From Myxococcota bacterium (GTDB taxonomy: Bacteria; Myxococcota_A; UBA796; CAJQPC01), in the NCBI GenBank assembly GCA_036012755.1, contig DASCPX010000027.1, forward strand, positions 160,001 to 224,000: a stretch of 64,000 nucleotides of DNA, in the 5' to 3' direction. The position numbers and the translations under genes were made by a program. A model generated the notes under the pieces. That model ran no database searches. It was given only the letters and a program-made list of their open reading frames with translations, and had not been told where the DNA came from. Shown one piece after another: positions 39,551 through 49,623 of the stretch. How positions within the stretch are numbered: position 1 is the stretch's first letter; every line of letters starts with the position of its first letter.

Positions 39551-40401
39551 CCCTCCAGGTCGATCACGTCACCCTCCCGGGCCAGCGTCACGCGTGGGTT
39601 GGCGTGATCGGCCCACTCCTCCGCGAGCTCATCGAGCTCGTCGTCGCTCGCATCGGGCGCATGGTGGAACAGCACGAGGTGCTTCGCGTTCGCCACCCTG
39701 CAGAGGGCGCTGGCGTACTCCGGGTAGGCGTGTCCCCAGGTCATCTTCTCGAGGTACTCGTCGAAGGTGAACATCGTGTCGAAGGTGACGAGGTCTGCGT
39801 CTGCAAGCGCGTCCAGCACGGCCTGTTCGGAGCTCGAAGGCACCTCCCCGACCATCGCGCCCTCCCCCGGACGGGCGAGCGGAGCGGTGTCGGTGAGGTG
39901 GACGTAGGTCTGACCACCTGCAGAGATCCGGTAGCCCACCGAGCCACCAGGGTGGTTGAGCCGAACGCCGACGATCTGGAAGGGGCCCCGCTCGAAGGGG
40001 CGCCCCGGCAGGATGGGGTGGAAGCTGACCTCACCCGGCATCTCCCGGAGGCGCACCGGGTGGTACACACCGTTGCTGTACCGGGCCACCCGTTCCCTGA
40101 CCTCTTCCTCGCTGAAGGCGGGCGCGGACACGCGCACCTGGTAGCCAGGCGCATAGACAGGTCCGAAGAAGGGGAAACCGAAGAGGTGGTCCATGTGGAA
40201 GTGCGTGAACAACATGTCCAGTTCCCGGGTGGACCGGGAGAAGAGGTCCCTTCCCAGTGGACGCGCCCCGGTGCCCGCGTCGAGGATGAGGACCGCGTCG
40301 CCGTGGTTCACCTCGACGCAGGAGGAGTTGCCTCCGTAGCTGGAGGTCAGTGGACCGGGGACCGGAATCGAGCCCCGGACACCCCAGAATCGGACCTTCA
40401 C
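39547..40401 (-). CDS. MBL-fold metallohydrolase (PhnP/RNase Z-like)
   Basis: FWGVRGSIP, LDAGTG, THFHMDH, NHPGG, WGH, LFHH. Confidence 0.9.
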   Translation of the reverse strand: MKVRFWGVRGSIPVPGPLTSSYGGNSSCVEVNHGDAVLILDAGTGARPLGRDLFSRSTRELDMLFTHFHMDHLFGFPFFGPVYAPGYQVRVSAPAFSEEEVRERVARYSNGVYHPVRLREMPGEVSFHPILPGRPFERGPFQIVGVRLNHPGGSVGYRISAGGQTYVHLTDTAPLARPGEGAMVGEVPSSSEQAVLDALADADLVTFDTMFTFDEYLEKMTWGHAYPEYASALCRVANAKHLVLFHHAPDASDDELDELAEEWADHANPRVTLAREGDVIDLEG

Positions 40402-40511
40402 AGCACCCCTGGCTCAGCCCTCGGATTGTATCTCACTGTGCGTGGTCGCGCGCTTGACACCCCTGTGGCCGGGGTTAGGGATCGAGCGCTCTCGGGTCAG
40501 AGGGTGGACTC

Positions 40512-40588
<77 letters not shown>

Positions 40589-40597
40589 CCTGGCCCC

Positions 40598-41107
40598 TCA
40601 GGCTCCGACAGCCTCGCCGACCCAGGCTCGCATCTTCGGGAGGGTCGTCTCGCGGTAGGCCTCGTCCGTGCGCTCACGCGCGAACACCCGGAGCAGACCC
40701 GCGACGAGGTAGGAGAGCTCCTCGTGGAGCGCCATGCGCTCGTAGATCGCCTCGTCGCCGGTCATGGAGGACGGCAGCTTCACCTGCGCGAGGTCCAGGG
40801 TCGGGTTGCGCAAGGTGAGGCCAAACTCTCGGTCCCCTCGCCGAATGGCGAGCCGCAGCTCCTTCACGACGCGGCCACCAGCCAGGGCGGCGCGAGACTC
40901 GACGGCCTCCGCGGCGTTGTCCCCGGTCATCACGGCCCGAGGGCGATCGTCGCCGGCACCCCGGAAGGCGATGCGGTCGTCGACCCAGACATCGATCCAG
41001 CCGATGTCTCCACCGAGATTCATCGAGCCGCCATCCCGAACGGAGGCGTACCAGAGCCAGGTCATGAACTCGCTGGGCAGGTGGGCCAGCATCGGCCTTT
41101 CATCCAC
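40598..41107 (-). CDS. RdgC-like protein, C-terminal half
   Basis: EFMTWLWY, ALAGGRVVKELRL, FGLTL; own GGAGG SD inside the upstream gene. Confidence 0.6.
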   Translation of the reverse strand: MDERPMLAHLPSEFMTWLWYASVRDGGSMNLGGDIGWIDVWVDDRIAFRGAGDDRPRAVMTGDNAAEAVESRAALAGGRVVKELRLAIRRGDREFGLTLRNPTLDLAQVKLPSSMTGDEAIYERMALHEELSYLVAGLLRVFARERTDEAYRETTLPKMRAWVGEAVGA

Positions 41108-41714
41108 GGCGGACCTCCAGGTTCGAGCCACCCGTCTGCTCGAGCGCGAGGGCCAGGTCCTCGTCTCCGAGCCAATCGAGCGGGTTCGTCGGGTTCAGTC
41201 GAAGCCCGAATGTCTGGTGGAAGAGCTTGCGGAAGCGGTCGTTCTCCCGATCGGAGAGGTTGGCGAAGAGCACCGTGCCTTCGGCCATGTTCCAGCACAC
41301 CTCTGTGACGCGCACTCGGGGGATCGCGCGCTTCAGCCACTCGAACTCGAGGCGCTCCTTCAGCTCCGCCTTCACGCCGCGCGGGGCTACCTTCTGACCG
41401 CTCTCGAGGCACCACTCGCTCACCGCGCGGTCGAGGTGCGCGCGGAAGAGCGCGGCCGGGAGGACCTTCTTGTCGACCCGCAGCCCAAACAGCGCGTAGT
41501 GGCCAAAGAGCCAGTGGTTCAGGTCGTCGAAGTCGGAATAGAGCAGGTTCTGGGGACGCACCCACCCCCAGGTCTCCTCCTTCGACGTCTTCGAGCCCGG
41601 ATCGCGAAACCCGTAGGCGTTGAGCGCCTCGACGTAGGTGATGCGGAAGCCCTCGGGCGTCTCGCCCTGGGCCGTGTACCGGCGCGCCGTCAGCGCGCCT
41701 CTGAGGATGCCCAT
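41100..41714 (-). CDS. RdgC-like protein, N-terminal half
   Basis: ETWGWV, LRVDKKVLPAA, KAELKE..LKRAIPR resemble the RdgC N-terminal region. Confidence 0.7.
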   Translation of the reverse strand: MGILRGALTARRYTAQGETPEGFRITYVEALNAYGFRDPGSKTSKEETWGWVRPQNLLYSDFDDLNHWLFGHYALFGLRVDKKVLPAALFRAHLDRAVSEWCLESGQKVAPRGVKAELKERLEFEWLKRAIPRVRVTEVCWNMAEGTVLFANLSDRENDRFRKLFHQTFGLRLNPTNPLDWLGDEDLALALEQTGGSNLEVRRG

Positions 41715-42059
41715 CTACTTCTCCCGGCCGCCCTTACCCGCGCGGCGTATCTCCAGCCAGTAGTAGGCGCCCACCACCCGCTTCTCCTCGCGGTCCAGCA
41801 GGAAGATGCGGTGCCTCAGGAGCTCCTTGCGGCCTTCGCGCCAGGTCTCCTCCAGATCGGGCTCGACCAGCTCCCACTCCATCCCGTCCCGAGCCGCGAG
41901 ACCCCGCCCCGGGGCGTTGTCCACCGGAAAAGGCAGCGGTCGGTCGAAGAAGATGACGCGGTCCTCGCGGACGGGCCCCTCCTTCGTCCAGAGGCCCAGG
42001 CCGATGGGGACGTTGCCGCTCCAGCCATCGTCCCGGACGATCCAGACGGAAGGACTCAC
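41715..42059 (-). CDS. Hypothetical Trp-rich protein
   Basis: GTGA coupling upstream; stop abuts the next ATG. Confidence 0.6.
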   Translation of the reverse strand: MSPSVWIVRDDGWSGNVPIGLGLWTKEGPVREDRVIFFDRPLPFPVDNAPGRGLAARDGMEWELVEPDLEETWREGRKELLRHRIFLLDREEKRVVGAYYWLEIRRAGKGGREK

Positions 42060-42805
42060 GGCTCAGACAAGCTGACGAGAGCGTGACGGAACATGGTCAC
42101 CTCGATCTTGTTCTTCACGACCAGTCCGAACTCGAAGCGCCCAGCCCAGGCCACCCGGCCCTTGAGGATCTCGCCTTCGATGAGGCGCACCTCGACCGGA
42201 GTCTCGCGGTCGAGGTAGCCGAAGAGTCGCCGGTTGCTGCAGGTGTAGCGGTCCTGAGGGCGCCAGATGGGCTCCTGGGCCTCTGCCTTCCGCGCCTTGT
42301 CCCAGCCCATTGCCCGACGAGCCTTCTTCTTCCCAGCCGCTCCGACGCACCACTTGAGCTGCAGCTTGTGGATGGGTTCGTCGCTGCCTTCGATGAAGAA
42401 CTCATAGCGGTCGAGCTTGGCGATGCGCGCCTCGATGTCCCGATGGCCGTGGAGCGCCAGCGCGAGCTCGTCGCCCGCATCCAGGGCGTCCTGGAGGGCC
42501 GAGCGCTGAGCGTTGCCGGCGAAGTGGTCGGCGAGTCGACGCTTGAAGAGCACGGCGTCGAGGTCAGCCTGGCCGAGCGCGACCTGGGTCGCCAGGGCGC
42601 GAGACAGCGAGTGCTTGCGGATCAGGCTGTCGACCGCCGCAGCCAGCGCCATCTTCTTGAGGACGTCGTTGAGCTCGATTCGGCCGAGGGCAACCTGGGT
42701 CGCGACGGCACGGGAGAGCCCACTCTCTGAAACGAGCGACTCTATGCGCCTGTCGATCTCCGGGGCGCGACGGCGTGCCCGTCCCTTCCGTCTGTCCATC
42801 ACCAA
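42056..42805 (-). CDS. Basic protein with duplicated N-terminal helical repeat and two Hfq/Sm-like domains
   Basis: PVEVRLIEGEILKGRVAWAGRFEFGL..TMFRHAL resembles Hfq Sm1/Sm2; a second, weaker copy upstream. Confidence 0.6.
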   Translation of the reverse strand: MVMDRRKGRARRRAPEIDRRIESLVSESGLSRAVATQVALGRIELNDVLKKMALAAAVDSLIRKHSLSRALATQVALGQADLDAVLFKRRLADHFAGNAQRSALQDALDAGDELALALHGHRDIEARIAKLDRYEFFIEGSDEPIHKLQLKWCVGAAGKKKARRAMGWDKARKAEAQEPIWRPQDRYTCSNRRLFGYLDRETPVEVRLIEGEILKGRVAWAGRFEFGLVVKNKIEVTMFRHALVSLSEP

Positions 42806-42856
42806 CTCTCCGACGTCCCCCTCGAACGAGCGTAACGCACGCCCGAGGAGGAGGTC

Positions 42857-43744
42857 TCAGCTGGCCTCGCGGTGTGCCTCCGTCAGCCCTGACACGACGC
42901 GGTTCCGGCCCGCACCCTTTGCCACGTACAGCCTCGCGTCTGCGGTCTCCACCAGCTCGGCGACGGCGCCGCGGAGGTCGCCCTGGCCGAGCACCTCGAC
43001 GGCCACCCCCAAGCTCATGCTGATCGAGAAGGCGCCCTCTGCTCCTTCGAAGACCTGCCGGGACAGCTTCTCTCGTATTTTCTCGGCGATGCGGTCGGCC
43101 GCCTGGGGCGGACAGTCCGGCAGGACGACGATGAACTCCTCGCCGCCCCACCGACCAACGAGATCGCCCCGTCGACGTCCTTCCATCATGAGCTTGCCGA
43201 TGCGGGCGAGCACGCGATCGCCGACCGCGTGCCCGTGGTTGTCGTTGACCCGCTTGAAGTGATCGACGTCGCAGAAGAGCACGGCCATCGGCGCCGCGGC
43301 CTCGGCGCAGGCTTCTGCCATCTGGCCGAGGCGGACGTCGAGAGCACGGCGGTTGAGCACACCGGTCAGCGGATCTGTCGTGGCCACGTCGGCGATCGCG
43401 TGGGACTGGCGAAGGAGCTCCGTCCGGCGCTCCTCGATGCCGTCGAGCAGCCGCTGCTCGGCCCGCTTGAGCCGCCGGGCCATCCTCACGAGCCGCTCGG
43501 TCGTGCGGCGTTGCCTGTCCTGCTCTGCGGAGAGCACATCGCAGATGGCTCCGAGCGCGAGCGCGAGGGTCTCGATCTCCACCGCGGGTCCGGTGGCCTG
43601 GAGTCGCGCCACGACCACATCCGAGGCCAGCACCGGGTGGCCCTCCGCCTCGGCTGCCTCGAGCGTCGCGCGTCCATGGAGGCGCTCGTGGTGCTCGAGC
43701 AGTCTCATGACAGGTTCGCTGCGGAGGATCGACGGCACCATCAA
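42857..43744 (-). CDS. Diguanylate cyclase (GGDEF)
   Basis: DPLTGVLNRR, DVDHFKRVNDNHGH, RRGD I-site, GGEEF. Confidence 0.93.
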   Translation of the reverse strand: MMVPSILRSEPVMRLLEHHERLHGRATLEAAEAEGHPVLASDVVVARLQATGPAVEIETLALALGAICDVLSAEQDRQRRTTERLVRMARRLKRAEQRLLDGIEERRTELLRQSHAIADVATTDPLTGVLNRRALDVRLGQMAEACAEAAAPMAVLFCDVDHFKRVNDNHGHAVGDRVLARIGKLMMEGRRRGDLVGRWGGEEFIVVLPDCPPQAADRIAEKIREKLSRQVFEGAEGAFSISMSLGVAVEVLGQGDLRGAVAELVETADARLYVAKGAGRNRVVSGLTEAHREAS

Positions 43745-43774
43745 GTCTCTTCACGGACCGATGCGCTCCCGCCT

Positions 43775-44599
43775 TTAGAGCGCATCCCGGGAGATGAGGT
43801 GAACGCGGCCGAGGTCCGGGCCGTGTGGCAATCCGATCGCCAGCGTCTCCCGGTCTCCGGCGAGCACGATGGGGCGCCCGATGCTGGAACGATCGAGGGC
43901 CAGGACCGGTCCTTCGCCGAGCGGTACGAGGCGGAGCCGACCGGGCGCCTCGTCGATGTTGTAGGTCCCCGCCGCGTAGCCACCGCCGATGGCACGGCCG
44001 AGGTGGTCGCCTGGACGCCCGGCGTGCTCGCTGGACCCTCGCACCAGGCCAGCGCCCCCATCCAGCCCCACCTGCGGATCGCTCCACCAGATCCCCTCGG
44101 CCCAGTGCACTACCTGCCCGCCCTCGCCGGCTTCCCCGACCGCATCTCCGCTCTCTGCGTCGAGGACGACACAGCTCTCCGAGCACTCCAGGACGAGCAG
44201 TGTGTCCCCGATGCTCACCGCGCGGGGATCCTCGAAGGCGAAGTCGCCGTACGAGGAGGCGACGCCGCCACCGTGGGCGACGGCCCACTCACAGCCCGGG
44301 CCGAAGTCAGCGGCATGAGCTGTCGACTGGAAGTCGCGGACCCGACCGGTCGGGCCGTAGAGGCCGTCGGGCTCGATCCACTGAAGCGTCGTGTCCACGC
44401 AGACCGCGAGCGGGTCACGGGCGGCGTAGCAGTCGCTCCCGTCACAGACGGCGTCGTCCGAGCCCACGACGATGCGCTCTCCGTCGACTAGCAGGACACG
44501 CCCGTAGCCGAGGGCTCCTTCGAGGGTCCGCGTCGCGACCTCCCAGGGCACGGCGACCTCGTCCTGGAGGAGCGGGGCACAGCCGAGCAGGAGGATCAC
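43775..44599 (-). CDS. FG-GAP/beta-propeller-like lipoprotein
   Basis: GTGA overlap; MILLLG-C; GDHLGRAI, LAIGLP..GRVHL. Confidence 0.6.
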   Translation of the reverse strand: MILLLGCAPLLQDEVAVPWEVATRTLEGALGYGRVLLVDGERIVVGSDDAVCDGSDCYAARDPLAVCVDTTLQWIEPDGLYGPTGRVRDFQSTAHAADFGPGCEWAVAHGGGVASSYGDFAFEDPRAVSIGDTLLVLECSESCVVLDAESGDAVGEAGEGGQVVHWAEGIWWSDPQVGLDGGAGLVRGSSEHAGRPGDHLGRAIGGGYAAGTYNIDEAPGRLRLVPLGEGPVLALDRSSIGRPIVLAGDRETLAIGLPHGPDLGRVHLISRDAL

Positions 44600-45192
44600 G
44601 ACCAGCAGCGTATCCGCCGGTAGAAACCCAGCGCGCCGACCTCGACCTTCCAATCGAGACAACGGGCGCCGTGGGCCATTGCGTCAAAGCCAGCTTCGCC
44701 GAGGCTGTACTTGCGCCACATCCGGCGCACCCAGAACTCCGGGGGCCATGGGCCAGTGCGTTCGATCCAACCCTCGATGTGTCCGCTGTCCGCGTCCGCG
44801 TCCAGCAGGTCGCACCGACCTCCGGGCTTCAGGACGCGGTGCAGCTCGCCGAGGATCGCCGCCGCGTCCTTCCAGTGGTGCATCGTCTGAACCGCGACGA
44901 TGCGCTCGAAGGTCGCGTCCGGGTAGGCGATCCTGGCGGCGTCCATCTGCTTGAAGGTGCAGGCCCCCGCAGCGTTCCGCCGAGCGATGCGGATCATCTC
45001 GGCGGAGGTGTCGATGCCGACGCAGTCGAGCTCCGGGTTGCCCGCGGCGGCGTGGATGCTCACCCATCCAGGTCCGCAGCCGACGTCGAGCAGCGCGCCC
45101 TGGCGGATGTCCATGCTGGCGGCGATGTGGCGATAGGCGGGCTGGTAGTAGCGGGCCGGCAGCGCGTCGTAGATGCGCGCGGTCAGCTTCAC
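44596..45192 (-). CDS. Class I SAM-dependent methyltransferase
   Basis: LLDVGCGPG, GIDTSAEM, HRVLKPGG. Confidence 0.9.
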   Translation of the reverse strand: MKLTARIYDALPARYYQPAYRHIAASMDIRQGALLDVGCGPGWVSIHAAAGNPELDCVGIDTSAEMIRIARRNAAGACTFKQMDAARIAYPDATFERIVAVQTMHHWKDAAAILGELHRVLKPGGRCDLLDADADSGHIEGWIERTGPWPPEFWVRRMWRKYSLGEAGFDAMAHGARCLDWKVEVGALGFYRRIRCWS

Positions 45193-46124
45193 AGGCCATC
45201 ACTCCAGGCCTTCAGCGCGGCGGCGAGCGCCGCGAGGCCGCCATCGACGGCGATGCCTTCGCTGCCGACGTTCCACGCGATCTGGACCTGCCCCTCCGCC
45301 GCCCGCTGCCCGCGCAGAAGCTCCAGTCGTCGGTCCAGGCCGTTGCTCAGGATGCGCACCTGGGCCGGGGGGCCACCGACGAGGCCGATTCGGGTGACAC
45401 CGGCCAACAGGAAGGTGTCGCTGATGTCTCGCAGGAGCCCGGCCTGGCCCTGGCCAGCGCAAAGGTCGCAGCGCTCCTCTGTGACCGGCACCCGCGCTGC
45501 GTGGGGCGGAGCCGGGCAGTCTGGCCGACCGCAGTGGAGCACGACATGAGCGGCGAGGATGGCTCGAGCGGAGGGCTCGTCGACGACCTCGAGGAGCTCG
45601 GCGAGGCTCTCCCATCGCCTCGCGTCGACCAGGGCGCGAACTGCGGCACCGCGGGCGTCCATCCCCTCGAGCCCCCTGGCACCCAGGAGCTCGCCGATGG
45701 AGGGTCGGTCGCGCTGCTCATCCAGGCGCGCGCTGGCGACACGGAGCTTTGCGGTCGCCAGCTCCAGGTTCGAGTTGAGCTCGGCCACGTTGGCCTCGAG
45801 GTCCGCGATGCGAGCAGCGGCGCTCTTGCGCTGTCCGCGCTCGACGTCCAGTGTCTGCTCCAGCTGCTCCGTCCTGGCCTCATAGGCGCGTGCGCGCTCC
45901 TCTGCCCCCGAGCGGGGGGGACCTGGCCTGGCTGCTTCGGCCTTGGGCGTCGGGCGCGCGGGCTTCTGGGCAGGGGCCCCCGGCTGCCTGGTCGTCTTGC
46001 CCTTCGCAGGTGGCTTGTCGCCGAGGCGCTCCACGCCCGATTGCGCCATCAGCTGTTCGAAGTCCAGGTCTCCGGAGGCCAGCGCCTCGAGGCTCTCTTC
46101 GTCGTCCAGTGTCCGCCGGCCCAT
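45189..46124 (-). CDS. Coiled-coil protein with Cys cluster and C-terminal alpha/beta domain
   Basis: Heptad-rich middle; HCGRPDC...CDLC; RIGLVGG. Confidence 0.6.
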   Translation of the reverse strand: MGRRTLDDEESLEALASGDLDFEQLMAQSGVERLGDKPPAKGKTTRQPGAPAQKPARPTPKAEAARPGPPRSGAEERARAYEARTEQLEQTLDVERGQRKSAAARIADLEANVAELNSNLELATAKLRVASARLDEQRDRPSIGELLGARGLEGMDARGAAVRALVDARRWESLAELLEVVDEPSARAILAAHVVLHCGRPDCPAPPHAARVPVTEERCDLCAGQGQAGLLRDISDTFLLAGVTRIGLVGGPPAQVRILSNGLDRRLELLRGQRAAEGQVQIAWNVGSEGIAVDGGLAALAAALKAWSDGL

Positions 46125-46130
46125 TGGCCA

Positions 46131-48218
46131 TCAGTAACCGGCTGTGGCCTCCAGGATCGACTCCAGCGGCACCTTCAGCTCGCCGGGCTGGGTCAGTCCC
46201 AGCTCCGCGAGGCCGCGCGCGAGCTCGTACTGATCAGCGTTGTAGGCGTCGACAGCGACGTTGTACAGCGCCACGCGGGTCGCGGGGTCCTCTGGCGCCA
46301 GCCCGAAGGCGTTCCGTGCATGCAGAGCGCGGTCCTCCAGCTCCCCCGGCTGCTCGGCGAGTTCGGCGAGGCAGCGCGCCGCGACGTCCGGGAGTCCAGC
46401 CGTCGCGGCGAGCTCTGCGGCATCTCGAAGCCGCCGTTGGTTGTTCGAGTGGCCAAGGCGCACCCCGACCATCGCTGTGGCGGCTGTGGCCCGAGCCTCG
46501 AGCTCCAGGTCGTCGAGCCGCTGGGCTTCGGCGATGACCTCTGACCAGAACACCCAGGACTTCTCGGCAGGCAGACCCACCGCGATGTTGTAGGCGCACC
46601 AGGCATAGGCCCTCTCGGCCTGCCTCGCATAGTCCATCTCGCCGATGCGCTTCAGCGCTGAGCTGCTCTCGTGGAAGTGGGTCCGCGCACCCCCGAAGTC
46701 CCCGCGGTCATAAGCCTCCAGCCCCTGGTCGTAGGCCATGAGAGCGGCGACGAGAGTCCTGTGGTGTTCCAGGGCTCCAGCGACGCCCGCACCCACGGCG
46801 AGGGTCGCTGCGTCCTCGCTGGCGCCGAGCAGGATCAAGGCCTGCGCAGCGTTCCTCCGCGCCGTCTCGACCACGTGGTCCCCGTGCCCTGTCGCCTCGG
46901 CCACCTCCGCTGCACGCGCGAAGGCCTCCAGGGCGCCCGCGAGGTCCTCTGCCTCGACGCGGCCCAGGGCGTAGGCGAGCTCGACGTGCGCGGGCCCGAG
47001 GTCATCGCCAGCCTGCGAGAAGAGCGCCAGCGCCTGGCTGAACTCGCGATCGGCGGAGTGGGCAGAGTCCACTCGCACCATCGCCGTAGCGACACGTGCG
47101 GCCTCGGCGTAGTGCCCCGCGCCGACGCGGTAGTCGAGCGCCGCGGTGAGCGCGGCCCGCGCCCCGTCCACGTCGCCACGGCGGGCAGCGATCCCACCCT
47201 CGAGCTCCCTCGCGGCGGCGTTGGCCGGCGGCAGGTCCATGCCAGCGAGCTCCTTCACGGCGGCGGCGTGCCGCTCCTCGGCGATCTCGACGCGTCCGAG
47301 CCGAAGGGCGAGGCGCCCCAGCTCGATGCCGACCGCCACGGCCTCTGCTTCGAAGCCCGCCGACCGATGGGTCGCTTCGGCCTCTGCGAGGAAGGTGAGC
47401 GCCAGGTCGTCGCGGCCGGCGAGGTGATGCGCCATGCCCAGACCGAAGAGCACCTGACCCGTCTGCCAGGACAGCCCTGAGACTCGGGCCGCGGACAGGG
47501 TGTCGGTGAGGGTCTTTGCGGCGGCGTCCGGCCGGCCGCTCGCTCGCTGGATCGCACCCTCGGCGAGGCCGACGTCCACGAGCTCACGGGGGGTATCAGC
47601 CCTCGAGCGCATCGCCTCCAGCTCGGCGTGAGCCGCGCCGAGGGCTCCGCGGCGCAGGTGCGCACCGACTGCATCCAGCCCGCTGCCCCCTGTCTCCTCT
47701 CGAGTGGAGGACAGCCTGGACCGGAGCGCGTCGGCCTCGTCGTCGGCGACGCCCTCGAGCTCGCCGAGGCCATCGAGAGCGGCGCTGGCCCTGGACCCGG
47801 CGCCGGCGTCGATGTCCAGAGCGATGAGGTTCAGCCTCGCCATCACCGCCGTGTCGCCTCCACCTGTGGCCAGCTGCTCGAAGATGCGGCGTGCCTTGGC
47901 TGCTTCTCCCCGCTCCCGAAGGACCAGGGCCAGGACATTTCGCCCCTCTGGGGAGGTCACCCCGTGCAGCGCGGTCTCGGCCGCACGCAGGTCTCCTGCC
48001 TCGTAGAGCAAGGCCCCTTGGACCACCCGCGCCTGCTCCCCTGCCCCACCCTCCGCGAGGCTGCCGAACAGGGAGGCTGCCTCGATGACGCGACCCTCTG
48101 CCATGGCGCTGTAGGCATCCTCGACGAGGGCCTGGTCGTCCTCGTCGAGGCGCATCTCCGCGGACGATGGGATGACGACCGGGGTCGCCAGCGCCAATCC
48201 GAGCAGGGCGGCGATCAA
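46131..48218 (-). CDS. Exported TPR-repeat protein
   Basis: TTGA overlap with the pcp stop gives MIAALLGLALA-TP; Ala-rich TPR helices. Confidence 0.7.
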   Translation of the reverse strand: MIAALLGLALATPVVIPSSAEMRLDEDDQALVEDAYSAMAEGRVIEAASLFGSLAEGGAGEQARVVQGALLYEAGDLRAAETALHGVTSPEGRNVLALVLRERGEAAKARRIFEQLATGGGDTAVMARLNLIALDIDAGAGSRASAALDGLGELEGVADDEADALRSRLSSTREETGGSGLDAVGAHLRRGALGAAHAELEAMRSRADTPRELVDVGLAEGAIQRASGRPDAAAKTLTDTLSAARVSGLSWQTGQVLFGLGMAHHLAGRDDLALTFLAEAEATHRSAGFEAEAVAVGIELGRLALRLGRVEIAEERHAAAVKELAGMDLPPANAAARELEGGIAARRGDVDGARAALTAALDYRVGAGHYAEAARVATAMVRVDSAHSADREFSQALALFSQAGDDLGPAHVELAYALGRVEAEDLAGALEAFARAAEVAEATGHGDHVVETARRNAAQALILLGASEDAATLAVGAGVAGALEHHRTLVAALMAYDQGLEAYDRGDFGGARTHFHESSSALKRIGEMDYARQAERAYAWCAYNIAVGLPAEKSWVFWSEVIAEAQRLDDLELEARATAATAMVGVRLGHSNNQRRLRDAAELAATAGLPDVAARCLAELAEQPGELEDRALHARNAFGLAPEDPATRVALYNVAVDAYNADQYELARGLAELGLTQPGELKVPLESILEATAGY

Positions 48219-48721
48219 AGCAAGACCTCCAGCCCCGCGAGCAGCCTGCCAGGGGAGAGTGCCTGACAAGAGGCGACGTGGACGAAGACCGCGGGCACGG
48301 CGAGATCCCTCAGGGAAGTGTAGAGCCAGGCGTTGCACACGTAGGACCCCGCGTCCCGCGAAAGGGTTCCGCCGAGTGCAGCGGCGAGGGCCTCGACGTC
48401 GAGACGGACGTCCAAGCTCGGCGCGCCCTCACCCAGGTCGGCAGGGCAGACACCGTCGATGTCGTCACGGCTGCACCGGTTCACGGCGGTGCACTCCACC
48501 TGGACGCCCTCGCGCGTCGGCGCGACCCCGAGCCCCACCACGAGGCGTGCGTGCGCGGCCGCGTCCGCCGTCTGGCATGGAGCCCGCTGGTAGCTGACCG
48601 GCAGCACGATGCCCCGGACGGGCACGCCCCGGACCTCGCACCCGTCGACCGCCAGCGCCAGCGCTCCGGAGGGGTTCTCCGCCAGCTCCCCGAAGGGGCC
48701 GAAGCCGGTGACCAGGATCAC
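48215..48721 (-). CDS. pcp: Pyroglutamyl peptidase I (C15)
   Basis: ILVTGFGPF..NPS, VE..A.N, SRDAGSYVCN, FVHV (Glu-Cys-His triad). Confidence 0.88.
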   Translation of the reverse strand: MILVTGFGPFGELAENPSGALALAVDGCEVRGVPVRGIVLPVSYQRAPCQTADAAAHARLVVGLGVAPTREGVQVECTAVNRCSRDDIDGVCPADLGEGAPSLDVRLDVEALAAALGGTLSRDAGSYVCNAWLYTSLRDLAVPAVFVHVASCQALSPGRLLAGLEVLL

Positions 48722-49623
48722 AGCTTCTCGGCGACGCGCACCAGGAGCTCTCGAGCGTGGACGACCGGGTAGCGCCGCATCGTGACGATCACGCCCTCGC
48801 CGGTCGCGCGCACCTCTTCGAGGCGCCGGCCTCCGATGACCTCGACCACAGCCCCCAGGAGGTGACCCGGGTGGACGGTATCGCCCACGGAGACCTCCGG
48901 AACCCAGAAGCCGCCGCACATCGAGTAGTGGTAGCAGACTCCCTGGCGGGTGGTGTCGACGATGGTCTCGCCGGGGTCCACCAACCCACCGCCAAGGACG
49001 CCCAGGTGGCCGAGGAGTCGCAGGATGCCGTTGGCCAGTGCCCGCGCGTGGTCGAGGTCCAGATCCCCGCCACGTCCGCCCACGAGGTGGAGCGCAGCGC
49101 GCGCTGCCTCGCGCCAGGCGCCCACGAGTCCGGTGGCTTCCAGCCTGTCTCCGGCCCGGCGCCAGACGACCGGGAGCTCCATCGCCCGGGCATAGGCCAG
49201 CTCCGGTCCGGACAGCGGCACCCGCACCTGGGGCAGCTCGCGCACGACACGGCTCCCGGAGTGCAGGTCCACGCAGACGTCCGCGCGGGTGGCGTCCAGG
49301 AGCGCATAGGCGATGCGCTGGACGGGTGAACCCGCCGGATCGCCCGGGAAGGCGCGGTTGATGTCCCGGTCGTCGAAGGGCCACCGCTTCGTCCCCTGGT
49401 CGACGCCGAAGCTGTTCACGATGGGCAGCAGGTGAACCCGGCCGGAGACCCGCAGCATGCCGAGGGTGCGGGCGACGATGTTGAGGGCGTGGACACCGGT
49501 GAGCTCGGTGCCGTGCATACCGGCGACGCAGGCGACCACCGGCTCATCGCCGTCTCCAAAGGTCAGCCGCTCGAGCACGAAGGGTTCGCGGTAGGGCGCC
49601 TCGATCCGGAAGACCTCAGCCAT
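48718..49623 (-). CDS. M14 succinylglutamate desuccinylase/aspartoacylase-family protein B
   Basis: GMHGTE, DINRAFPG, DLHSG..ELPQVR; C-terminal biotinyl-like domain. Confidence 0.85.
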   Translation of the reverse strand: MAEVFRIEAPYREPFVLERLTFGDGDEPVVACVAGMHGTELTGVHALNIVARTLGMLRVSGRVHLLPIVNSFGVDQGTKRWPFDDRDINRAFPGDPAGSPVQRIAYALLDATRADVCVDLHSGSRVVRELPQVRVPLSGPELAYARAMELPVVWRRAGDRLEATGLVGAWREAARAALHLVGGRGGDLDLDHARALANGILRLLGHLGVLGGGLVDPGETIVDTTRQGVCYHYSMCGGFWVPEVSVGDTVHPGHLLGAVVEVIGGRRLEEVRATGEGVIVTMRRYPVVHARELLVRVAEKL

